Positions 8,569-18,100 of a stretch of DNA of 64,000 bases are shown in pieces; positions within the stretch are counted from its first letter, which is position 1; each line of letters opens with the position of its first letter. This stretch comes from a virus (Duplodnaviria; Caudoviricetes), in IMG/VR virus record IMGVR_UViG_3300011268_000751, positions 1 through 64,000 of that record. One strand, 5' to 3'. The position numbers were made by a program, and so were the translations under genes. The notes under the pieces are model-generated. The model made no database searches, was not told the origin of the DNA, and was given only the letters and a program-made list of their open reading frames with translations.

Positions 8569-8589
8569 TGGTGAATTGCGTATGAGACT

Positions 8590-8646
8590 ATTATACGGCA
8601 AAAAGCACCCCCGCAAGGGTGCCTTGTGCCAGTTTGGGAACTGGTC
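8590..8646 (-). promoter_or_regulatory. PeSL-like early promoter with two hairpins
   Basis: Minus-strand TATAAT at 8590-8595, GCACCC/GGGTGC hairpin, AACTGGCAC motif, CCAGTT/AACTGG hairpin. Confidence 0.75.
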
Positions 8647-9046
8647 AGAAGAATTGCTCTAATCCTACTGGTTCTCCAAAGGAATAATCATACTCTAGAG
8701 CATCAGCGCAAACGTAGTGGGGATGAGACGGGGGAACACCAAGTCTAGCACAGAGTTCCTTGTGATTGTCCTCCATCATCTCAATAGCATAGAGCATATG
8801 ATTGAGAATATGTTCTTCTGTATGATATCGTAACAATCTATTTTTTAATCCAACAAGAAAATTACCAGATCCAGCAGAATTATCAATAAATGTGCTATTC
8901 GGATCTTGCAATATATCCAATGAAATGTCATCAATCATTTTCTCAACGAGTTCTTGTGGAGTAAAAACTTCTTGAGTTTCTTTTATCCTTTCGTCTGATC
9001 TTTCAATCTCAGATCCAGTTTCAAGATTGTGTTTGTTCTTTTTCAT
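8645..9046 (-). CDS. N6-adenine DNA methyltransferase N-terminal half (AdoMet-binding; lacks NPPY)
   Basis: Motif X EVFTP, motif I FIDNSAGSGNFL, motif II LYAIEM, motif III ADAL; ends before the catalytic motif. Confidence 0.8.
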   Translation of the reverse strand: MKKNKHNLETGSEIERSDERIKETQEVFTPQELVEKMIDDISLDILQDPNSTFIDNSAGSGNFLVGLKNRLLRYHTEEHILNHMLYAIEMMEDNHKELCARLGVPPSHPHYVCADALEYDYSFGEPVGLEQFF

Positions 9047-9776
9047 TTAAACACTCCATATAAGTTGCAATAAGATCGTTTTTTCCAAAATGAGCTCGCC
9101 CATTACAACCTAGTGCAACTTCACGAAATCTCGGAGCAAACTTCACAAGATTTTGTATTACCTCAGGATCCCTTACTTTTAAAAAATGATGTCCCTTTGC
9201 ATAATGGGTGAAGTTTTCAGTTTTAACCCTCCCACTTGGACCACATCCATATTCACCCACAAAAACATCTGCTTCAAATCTCCTCTCGTAGGGGAGAAAT
9301 TCAAAATCTGGATGTGTGTTCAACAGTTTTACTTTTTTTCGTGGAGTATGAGTTTTTACCCAACGCTGATATACGGCACTAATTCCTCCAGGAAAAGTTT
9401 TAGGGTCCAAATCATAATCTTCAATGACATCCAGATCAAGACGAATCTTGTTCAAGGAAGAAGGTTTCCTAACAGAAGTTGGAAGGACAAATCGAATATC
9501 ATCAGTCAGTTCTGCAGTTTTATTCAAAAATTTAATAGCAAGATTTCCACCAACTCCATATGGTGGATTCCCAATTCCTATAGTGAATCGCATTTTTTCT
9601 TTAATAAGGTTATCATAATCTTCTACTAAGTTTATTTTATCACTAATCTGCTTAATTGCATAGAAGTGTGTAGGGTCATCTTCCCAAACCCAAATGTTTT
9701 CTGGATTCCAACCCATTTTAATTGATACTAAAGAGTGAAGTCCAGTTGGATCTCCACAAATCAAAAGATTTTGCAT
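9021..9776 (-). CDS. DNA amino-methyltransferase catalytic/TRD part (NPPY; degenerate motif I)
   Basis: GNPPY motif IV followed by AIKFLNK and FVLP; ICGDPTG in place of motif I; ATG at 9776 (track start 9788 is TTG). Confidence 0.8.
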   Translation of the reverse strand: MQNLLICGDPTGLHSLVSIKMGWNPENIWVWEDDPTHFYAIKQISDKINLVEDYDNLIKEKMRFTIGIGNPPYGVGGNLAIKFLNKTAELTDDIRFVLPTSVRKPSSLNKIRLDLDVIEDYDLDPKTFPGGISAVYQRWVKTHTPRKKVKLLNTHPDFEFLPYERRFEADVFVGEYGCGPSGRVKTENFTHYAKGHHFLKVRDPEVIQNLVKFAPRFREVALGCNGRAHFGKNDLIATYMECLNEKEQTQS

Positions 9777-9777
9777 T

Positions 9778-11934
9778 TCAAACCCCAATAAGCAATTTAG
9801 TTACCAAGTCTACATTCATAGACTTCTGAGATTGGCGAGTGCAGGTCAGTTTCTCAAGTGTCCCACACTCATCCTCCTTCATCCTATGTTGAAAATCGAT
9901 GGAAACTTGATTAATTCGATAAGTCATGGTTTGAGAGTTAAGGTAATTTTGAGTCACAAGATTTTCCAAAACACCCTCAGTATCCAGTGTATCATGAACA
10001 TAATGCTCAGAATTGATAATTGAGTGGATGCTATTTGGGATTTTGTTGTCTCGAATACAATGAAAGATTACAAGAGGGATTCTTTCGATAATTGCTTTGA
10101 TTGTTTCCACCTTTTTAGCAGTCTCTTTATCCGACGCTTCTTTTTCAAGATCATCCAAAAAGATCATTTTCTTGTTACTTTTACCATTCGCAGGGTTGTC
10201 ATTAACAACTTTCTTTGTATTTTTAGACTTAGATGCAGTGAAATCCAAACCAATCTCAAGGTTCTTCAGATCTTCAAGATTCAAAGAAGAAACGATGCTG
10301 GAAAGGAAGCGAACACTATCCCCCACATCAGAGGAAAGAATTTCTACAAGTTGTTCTTGAGTCATTTCAGTGAATGCTTCTGCCCATTCAGTGAGAGCAG
10401 CAAAATCTTGCATCACATAATCCACAAGACGAGGATCGTTATCACAAGCAGCAGCAAAAGCTTTCCTAAGTGATGAAAGGCAACGCTCTGGGCAAAAATC
10501 AATTACATCCCAATCTCGATCAGAAGATCCACCACGGAAAGCAAACTGAGACCAGAAGTTCATGGATTCACCTTCAGAACAATTGATAACAGTATCAATT
10601 TCCCTAATTGTAACGCCAAGAACATTTGCCTTAACAGTAAGGATGATAGTTCCTTCGGGGTGATCAGCAATATGCTTTTTAATAGCATCAGCATCCCTGT
10701 CAGTGTCACCAGTAACAACCAAAGGTGCAAAATCTGTTGCCTCCAGATAAGGAACAGAATTATGACACGCTACAACAGAGGGAAGAGTCATGAAAATATG
10801 CTTGGCATTTTTCAACAAACGATCTTGAGGACGTAGGTGACGCTGCCTTCCGAAATAATCAACGTAAAAACCACGAACCAAAGAAGGTTCAATAAATTTC
10901 TCATCCTCATTAACTGAGAAAAGATTCTTCATTGCATCAGGATCATCACCATACACTTTTTTGTAACCATCACAATCATACTTCACAAGAATAACTCGCA
11001 TCTTGGGAGCTTTGATAATTCCCAACTTTGCATCAAGTTGCTCTTCAAAATAAGAGTAGATGAATCGATTGTTAGTTGAAAATTCATCTACGATGTCATA
11101 TGCAGTTCCAGTCACATAAAGAGTGCGACAGTTGAACTTTTTACGCATGGATTTCCACTGAGTAGATCCATACCCAACATGTGCTTCATCGTAGATCATG
11201 AAATCTACTTTACAATCGATCTTTTTCCAGCGGTTTTCACCTTGAATCGTTGTCCACAGAATAATTTGTTTATCTGTGCTCATCCAATATTCAAGTTGTT
11301 CCTTCCAGTTCTTATCAGCAAGATTGATGAAAGTCAGGTTATCAAAGTCAGCATATTGCTTCAAATCATCTCTCCAAGATTGAATCGGAGAAGTATAACG
11401 AGAAACAATCAAAGTTACCTTATATCCTTTCTCAAGAACATGATAAAGCGACATAATAGATTTGCCAGAACGGCACTTTGCAAACAGAAGAAATTCCTTC
11501 CAACTTTCCCAAGTAGAATTAATCTTTTCAAGAAATTCCTTCTGATGCTTACGCAGTTTCAGACGTGGTTTTTCTTCAGTTTTTTCTACAAAAAACTTCT
11601 CATGAATCATGTCAATGATGATATCAGTAGAAAGAGGAGAAGTTGCAAGAATTTCAAAACTCTCCCTCCCCTTCTGAATGACCCCAGGAAGTTTATTTAC
11701 AAATTCATGAAGAATATCGTCATGATGGTCATCTCTATCAGACCTAGTGGAAACATTGTTCCACCTCTGAAGGAGCAAATACTCATCATTATTGGCAGCA
11801 AGAAGTTGCTTTGCTTTACCATAATCACTCCCTTTCCTAGGAATTCCATGAGTTGCCATCATGCATGGACCCTTGGTTTCACCAATACCAAACCAATTGG
11901 GATTACTTTTGAGAGTGATGAAGTAGATGTTCAC
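9778..11934 (-). CDS. putative GIY-YIG/T5orf172-like nuclease fused to SF2 helicase (restriction subunit-like)
   Basis: N-terminal IYFI...IGET...DD..H....RESF pattern; LRKHQ, AKCRSGKS, YDEAH, VTGT, QFAFRG helicase motifs. Confidence 0.75.
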   Translation of the reverse strand: MNIYFITLKSNPNWFGIGETKGPCMMATHGIPRKGSDYGKAKQLLAANNDEYLLLQRWNNVSTRSDRDDHHDDILHEFVNKLPGVIQKGRESFEILATSPLSTDIIIDMIHEKFFVEKTEEKPRLKLRKHQKEFLEKINSTWESWKEFLLFAKCRSGKSIMSLYHVLEKGYKVTLIVSRYTSPIQSWRDDLKQYADFDNLTFINLADKNWKEQLEYWMSTDKQIILWTTIQGENRWKKIDCKVDFMIYDEAHVGYGSTQWKSMRKKFNCRTLYVTGTAYDIVDEFSTNNRFIYSYFEEQLDAKLGIIKAPKMRVILVKYDCDGYKKVYGDDPDAMKNLFSVNEDEKFIEPSLVRGFYVDYFGRQRHLRPQDRLLKNAKHIFMTLPSVVACHNSVPYLEATDFAPLVVTGDTDRDADAIKKHIADHPEGTIILTVKANVLGVTIREIDTVINCSEGESMNFWSQFAFRGGSSDRDWDVIDFCPERCLSSLRKAFAAACDNDPRLVDYVMQDFAALTEWAEAFTEMTQEQLVEILSSDVGDSVRFLSSIVSSLNLEDLKNLEIGLDFTASKSKNTKKVVNDNPANGKSNKKMIFLDDLEKEASDKETAKKVETIKAIIERIPLVIFHCIRDNKIPNSIHSIINSEHYVHDTLDTEGVLENLVTQNYLNSQTMTYRINQVSIDFQHRMKEDECGTLEKLTCTRQSQKSMNVDLVTKLLIGV

Positions 11935-11957
11935 GGTTTTGAATTAAGAATAAACTC

Positions 11958-12013
11958 ATTATAGCAGAAATCCCGCTCAGTGGCGGGATCTGTACCAGTT
12001 CTTTAAGTGTCAC
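11958..12013 (-). promoter_or_regulatory. PeSL-like early promoter with hairpin
   Basis: TATAAT at 11958-11963; ATCCCGC/GCGGGAT hairpin; AACTGGTAC and GTGACAC motifs. Confidence 0.75.
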
Positions 12014-12041
12014 AGTCTCATCTTCAACGCTCACAAAGCAT

Positions 12042-12082
12042 ATTCTACTGATATTTGAGGATTATGTCAAGTATCAGTAGAA
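12042..12082 (-). promoter_or_regulatory. promoter TTGACA-17-TAGAAT within an 11-bp inverted repeat
   Basis: Boxes at 12065-12070 and 12042-12047; TTCTACTGATA...TATCAGTAGAA. Confidence 0.7.
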
Positions 12083-15000
12083 ATCAAACCAGGCAGTTCC
12101 ATTCCAACCTTGATGCTTATTAGTATCTGAGTTGTATATCATAGCTCCTGCAACTGTTGTTAATCCTGTTCTTTCCGATGTTGTGAGGACTGGTGGTAAC
12201 ATAAATCTCTGTTTTTGGAGAGTATCTCCTATGTAACTGCCCCAATGATCATTTGTAGTTACTCCAGCTCTTGAAAAATCAACTAAACTTCTTGGAGAAA
12301 TAATCACTCTATTTCCAAATCTAAATGTTTGGGAATTAATCGGACTTAAATTAGTTGTTGTAGTATTCAAGTAAACTAAATTAACTCCTATACCAACAAT
12401 TGAATAACCAAGAGTAGTAACTCCTGGAATAGGTTCTAATTGCAATCCAACTGTTAAACCTGTGGTGGTTATACCAGTTATAGTGGTTGTTCCAATACCT
12501 ATATTTCCCGTTGCTGTGTATAGAACATTAACATATTCTGTTGATATACCAACAAAAACTCTTGTTCCTAACTCTAATTTTTCTGAAACTATTTCCTTAG
12601 AAGTAGAATTAACTCTAAATGCAGATGTAACTTCAACATTATTATCGATATTTAAATTAGTTGCTGTGCAAATATTTCCAAATCTATTAACTTGAAGTAC
12701 TCCATTTCCTGCGCTAAAATTAGAACTTATAAACGCATTTCCCGAAGATTGTAAAATAATATTTTCATTTGAAGTTTTAATATTATTAGCGACTGATACA
12801 TCAGAGCTTATAGAAACGTTTCCTCTATAATCAACTATGAATAAATTATTTGAAAGTCTTCCATGCTTAACAATAAATGATCCAGTATTTGCAGCACCTA
12901 TATTAACGTTACTATTATCAAGTACAAAAGATATATCACCATAATTCTCATTAGATAATGTAAATTTATTATCATCATAAGTTATATTTACATTATTTTT
13001 ACCAGAACCAACTGAACTAGAACCTATAGACAGGACTGGAACACCTGTAGATGGAGTAAATCCAAATTCAAATAAATTTGAAAGACCAGACTTAGAAATT
13101 CTAACGGTCTTATTTGCAGTTGTTAGGATATTTAATGATAAATTAGAATCAGTAGTTCCAATACCAATTGATTTATTTGTCCCATTCAGGTATAATGATG
13201 CTGGGCTCCCAATTTGGAGAATATTTCCTGTAATATTTGTATTATTACTTAATTGTATAGTTCCTGAAGAAGATGATAATTGTAATGTTCCAGAAATGGT
13301 ATCAATAACGGACGTACCAGAAACCCCAATTCGCACATCATCTATAAATGCTTCTCCAAATCTTCTACTTGCACTTCCAACATTACCACTACCATCTGTA
13401 GTTGGTACTAAACTAGTAACTGATGTAATTCCTGAAAGATATGAATTTCTATCTACAAGTAAATCACTTAAAAGTCTAACTTTATCTCCGGAAGAATTTA
13501 ATTGAAGTTCTGATGAAGTTGAGTTAATTCTATTAGTAGCATCAACGCCAATTTTAATTGTATTTGCAGTCAGTCCAGTATTATTAATAACAACTCCACC
13601 ATCGAATGTTGATATTCCAGAAACATATAAATTTTTATTTGTAAAGATTGATCCTGTAAACGTAACACCAGATCCTGCAGATATTGTTCCAATTACATTA
13701 AGATCATCTTCTACTTTAACTATGTGGTTATTGGAACTTAAAATTAACTGATCAATAGAAGTATCAATTTTATTACGGGTATCTATTCCAACTCTGACAT
13801 CACTAAGATTTGATCCACCATCAGCAGTGAATAACTGAACTACTGATAATTGATTAGTGACATTCACACTATCCTGAACAGTGACAATGCCTCCAGAAGT
13901 ATTAATTAATAAATTTCCGCTACTTACAAATATTGTATTTGGGTTAACGTTTATTTCAACGTTACCAATTACTGCGGATTGTGCATTTACTATTCCATTT
14001 AATGTTGATATTCCAGAAACATATAAGTTAGATCCAAATGTTCCAGATGAATTAACAGTTAATTTTTTACCAATAACCTGATCTCCTGAGACTGTTAATC
14101 CACCACCGACTACAGCTCCTCCACCAACTGTTGCACTTGCACCTACTACAAGATTTCTACCAAAAGTTCCACCATAACCTACTACCAAATCTCTTGTTAT
14201 TGAACCATTTCCACCGACAGATAAACTATTTGCAATAGTTGCTCCACCGCCAACAATAAATCCACCACCAACAGTTGCTCCAGCGCCAGCAGTTAAATGT
14301 CTTCCAGTGTTAACATCAAGAGTTGCTCTTATCGATTGATTAACGTTTAGATCATTAGCAATCGTTGCACCACCACCAACAACTAAGTCTGATCCAAAGA
14401 AACCATATGAAGAAGCAGTAACAGCACCTCCAACTGTTAAACTTCCACCAAAGGATCCTGATGTATTGAATGAGGCAGATCCACCAAAGTTTAAATTACC
14501 TGTAATGGTTGCACCACCACCAACAACTAATCCACCAGCAATTGTGGCGCCAGATCCTACAGTTAATATTCTATTAGTAATTAAATTACCAGCAAATGAT
14601 CCTATTCCACCGAAAATACCGTGAGATCCTGCAGTAATAATACCAGTAAGGAAAATATCACCAGTTGAATTAATTCCTACGCCCCTTTTATATTCAGGAG
14701 TTCCACCAACTTGGAAAGTATAATCTGGGTAAGTTGTTCCGACTCCAACATTTCCAGCAGCGTAGATACTGGTATATCCAAAACCAGTATCTACATCAAT
14801 CCATTGTGATGTTGGTAGATTAAGTAGATTTCCACCATCACCAAAATAAGTTACAATTCCCAAAGGATATGGGAGTGTTGCTGTTATAATTCCTGCTTTT
14901 GCAGATAGACCACCCGCAGTTAAATTGGTTACTGAAAGAACTCCAACAGTTCCATTCGGCGTGAAAAGACTGTTTGCCGTTACTAACCCTACAATCTTTG

Positions 15001-15136
15001 CTGTTCCTCTAACATCTAGAAATTCAGTCGGAACTGATGTTCCAATACCAACTAATCCATTAGAATTTACAATGAAATTATCTTCATCAACTTGAACACC
15101 ATATCTAAAGTTAAAGGACTTTTTGATATTAGACAT
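12074..15136 (-). CDS. virion structural / tail fibre protein
   Basis: 1020 aa; GIGT hinge motifs, GGGAT(I/V) beta-helix repeats, C-terminal GAMIYNSDTNKHQGWNGTAW motif. Confidence 0.85.
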   Translation of the reverse strand: MSNIKKSFNFRYGVQVDEDNFIVNSNGLVGIGTSVPTEFLDVRGTAKIVGLVTANSLFTPNGTVGVLSVTNLTAGGLSAKAGIITATLPYPLGIVTYFGDGGNLLNLPTSQWIDVDTGFGYTSIYAAGNVGVGTTYPDYTFQVGGTPEYKRGVGINSTGDIFLTGIITAGSHGIFGGIGSFAGNLITNRILTVGSGATIAGGLVVGGGATITGNLNFGGSASFNTSGSFGGSLTVGGAVTASSYGFFGSDLVVGGGATIANDLNVNQSIRATLDVNTGRHLTAGAGATVGGGFIVGGGATIANSLSVGGNGSITRDLVVGYGGTFGRNLVVGASATVGGGAVVGGGLTVSGDQVIGKKLTVNSSGTFGSNLYVSGISTLNGIVNAQSAVIGNVEINVNPNTIFVSSGNLLINTSGGIVTVQDSVNVTNQLSVVQLFTADGGSNLSDVRVGIDTRNKIDTSIDQLILSSNNHIVKVEDDLNVIGTISAGSGVTFTGSIFTNKNLYVSGISTFDGGVVINNTGLTANTIKIGVDATNRINSTSSELQLNSSGDKVRLLSDLLVDRNSYLSGITSVTSLVPTTDGSGNVGSASRRFGEAFIDDVRIGVSGTSVIDTISGTLQLSSSSGTIQLSNNTNITGNILQIGSPASLYLNGTNKSIGIGTTDSNLSLNILTTANKTVRISKSGLSNLFEFGFTPSTGVPVLSIGSSSVGSGKNNVNITYDDNKFTLSNENYGDISFVLDNSNVNIGAANTGSFIVKHGRLSNNLFIVDYRGNVSISSDVSVANNIKTSNENIILQSSGNAFISSNFSAGNGVLQVNRFGNICTATNLNIDNNVEVTSAFRVNSTSKEIVSEKLELGTRVFVGISTEYVNVLYTATGNIGIGTTTITGITTTGLTVGLQLEPIPGVTTLGYSIVGIGVNLVYLNTTTTNLSPINSQTFRFGNRVIISPRSLVDFSRAGVTTNDHWGSYIGDTLQKQRFMLPPVLTTSERTGLTTVAGAMIYNSDTNKHQGWNGTAWFDFY

Positions 15137-15155
15137 CGCACAGATACTTTTTAGT

Positions 15156-15162
15156 TATTTAT
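15156..15162 (-). promoter_or_regulatory. T4-type late promoter (ATAAATA)
   Basis: ATAAATAACTAAAAAG about 20 nt upstream of the start; the same extended motif recurs at 39760 and 45270. Confidence 0.75.
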
Positions 15163-15175
15163 TTCATTAATAAAG

Positions 15176-18100
15176 TCATGTTATTCTCATAATAAATGCC
15201 AACGCATAATACCTAGGAGTAATATCTACAGAAGTTCCACTTCCTGTAGGACTAATTGTTACAGTATGAGTATGACCGCCCCCACCTGTTGCCGTTGCTG
15301 TATGTCCATGACCACCACCTCCACCTATTTGTCCTCCACTAGTATTTGGATTTCCTGAATTTGCTGGCTGTGTTTCGTTTTCACTAGTATCCAGGACAAA
15401 TCCTCCATTGGGTCCTTCCCATCCAGTAGCATTGCGGTCTTTACTAATTATAAATGCATGTCCATGATTTCCTACTTCAGATACTGTAATGGTATGTGTG
15501 TGATCAGTAACTTCGGTTAAAGTTGCAGTATGAGAATGTGAAGGTAGATTACTATCTGTTAATGTTATACTATTACTTCCTCCAGTTCCATTATGTGTAA
15601 GCACTGATCCAGATCCTGCAATAAATCTATCTCTCAAATCTGGTCTTCCAGCAGTTCCATCACATAATGCCCATCCACTAGGAAGTGAAGAAGTCAATCC
15701 AGACCACATGATAATTCCACCAAGAGGAATAGTTCCATATCCATTAAATGTAGTATATTCAGTTTGGCCAACTGTTTTGGCATAAACATTATTCCATCTT
15801 AATGTTGTAGTTCCAAAGTCAAAAGTTGCATCTAACCTAGGAACAATGTTGCTATTAATTCTTGATACGAATGTTACGATATCACCTACAATGTTACCAA
15901 GGGTTACATCACCAGTTACATTCAAATTATTTTGAATGTCTATAGTTCCACCAACAGAAGATAAAATAAGATTTCCTGAAACAGTGTCAATTACCGTGGG
16001 ACCACCAGCACCAATTCTAACGTTGTCGATGGTAGCATTATCGGAAACATTTAGGACGCTAACAGTTAAAGTCGCAGCAAATATTTCTTCCCATCTCAAT
16101 GTAGATGTTCCTAAAGTGAAGCTCTCATTTGCTGATGGAATGATATCACTATCAACTCTTGCTACAAATGTCACTGTGTCGGAAGTTGCATTACCTAAAT
16201 CTACATTACCTGTTACTAAAAGATTTCCAGTTAAAGTTAAGAAACCTTCAGTAAAGTTATCCAATCTAACATTATAATCTTCAGATAGAGAATTTCTCTT
16301 GAAGTCAATATATGCTCCACCGGCACCAGTTCTATAAAGTTCAATGTTTCCATCAAGATTAATAATTACTTTGCTCGCATCGGGAACATTTTCTTGGGTT
16401 ACTGTCAAGGTATCATAGATATATGTTTCCTCATTTACAATTAAAATATCATCAATAACAACTGATCCTGTAGAAGAGTCGAGGATTAAATCTCCAACTA
16501 TTGTATCAATTATATTATCGTTAGCAATACCAATTCTTACATTATCAATTGTAGCACCACCATTAGCATCAACAAGTCCAGTAAAGGTTGAAATGCCAGT
16601 TACAGTTACATTTCTATCGACGTTCAATGATACATTAACATCTAAGTTATCATCAACTATAATCGTTCCACCTACAGAATTTAATGTTAAGGTTCCGGAA
16701 GAAGTATCAATTGTATTATCATTTGCTATACCAATTTGAATATTATCAATATATGCTCCACCATTAGCGTCAATAAACCCAGTAAAGGTTGATACTCCAG
16801 TTACATTTAATTGATTATCTACAATTACATTTCCACCAAAAGCACCCAGATTTAAATTTCCAGTTGAAGTATCAATCTTATTATCGTTAGCAATACCAAT
16901 TCTTACATTATCAATTGTAGCACCACCATTAGCATCAACAAGTCCAGTAAAGGTTGAAATGCCAGTTACTCTAACGTTCTTATTAACTACTAGATCCTTA
17001 ACAATACCAACACCACCCTTAACAATCAGAGCTGCTCCAGCGGCACTAATTGTCAATAGTTCAGCAGTAATAACTGGTGATGCATCAGTAAGACTATTAA
17101 TTGTCATGTCACCATCAAATCTAGAAGTTCCATCAACTCTGAGGTCTCTTCTAATTCTCATACTATTATTAATGGTTAGATATCCATTAATTCTTAGTTC
17201 ACCATTGAATGTTACAGGTCCATCAAACTGCGAAAGAATAGTTCCAGAGTTTCCACCTTCAACAATTAAACGTTCCTTAATTACAACTTCATCAAATACA
17301 AGACTCAAACGTGAAGGATCTCTACCTGTAATTGTTGGAACTGGAATACCATAAGTAATTTGCGCTCCACTGGTTGATGAATATTTGGTATTTCCAATGT
17401 AGAAGTCACCATCACTATTCATTCCAGTATAAGCAATGTTTCCGCAAGATCTCTGCTGAGACTGTGAAAGGAATGCTTCAATTTCTGTTAGAGCTCTTAC
17501 CTGAACCTGAGGTAAACCAGTTGAGTAGTTTCCAGGTCCGTATCCAAGGTATTCAAATGTATGTCCTGATGCTCTAAGAATAGATGGTCTTCTGAATTCA
17601 ATTGGAATTGGTTTGATTTTCTTAACCAGAGTTCCATTAGAGTGCGGCTGCGCTCTGGTTCCAAGATATCCACGATGAACTCTAATTTGATTATTTCCAG
17701 ATCCAGTTAATATATTGGACTCAATTCTCATAATTTCATTATCAATCTGAATAAAGCTTCCTACTGGGAAGCGACTCATTTGAGATTGTGTAATTGGAGT
17801 TGTAATTACGTCATCATCTGGTGTTAGACCATTTGTTAAGGTAGTAACTTCGCTATCATAGAAATACATCCCTCGGGATCCAAGGCTTTCACCGCTTATA
17901 TCTGAAATAGCATCGTTTGTAGATAAACCATGTTTTACTACATAACCACCAGATGCAGAATAATCTTTCTTTGTTATCGCAGTGATTGTAGTTGCTGATA
18001 TTTTCTCATCAACAATGAAATCTCCAAGATTATTATTACTGGAGTTAAAAAGCCTAAATTTATTTCCAAGAACTAAACCATGTGCGCTAGAGAAATTAAA

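Noticed and set aside
7318-8574. 418-aa plus-strand ORF
   Set aside because: Antisense shadow of the helicase, which has full SF2 motifs; no recognisable motifs of its own; high GC reduces stop frequency
11179-11964. 261-aa plus-strand ORF and the other plus-strand ORFs in the track
   Set aside because: All overlap well-supported minus-strand genes and lack RBS or motif support
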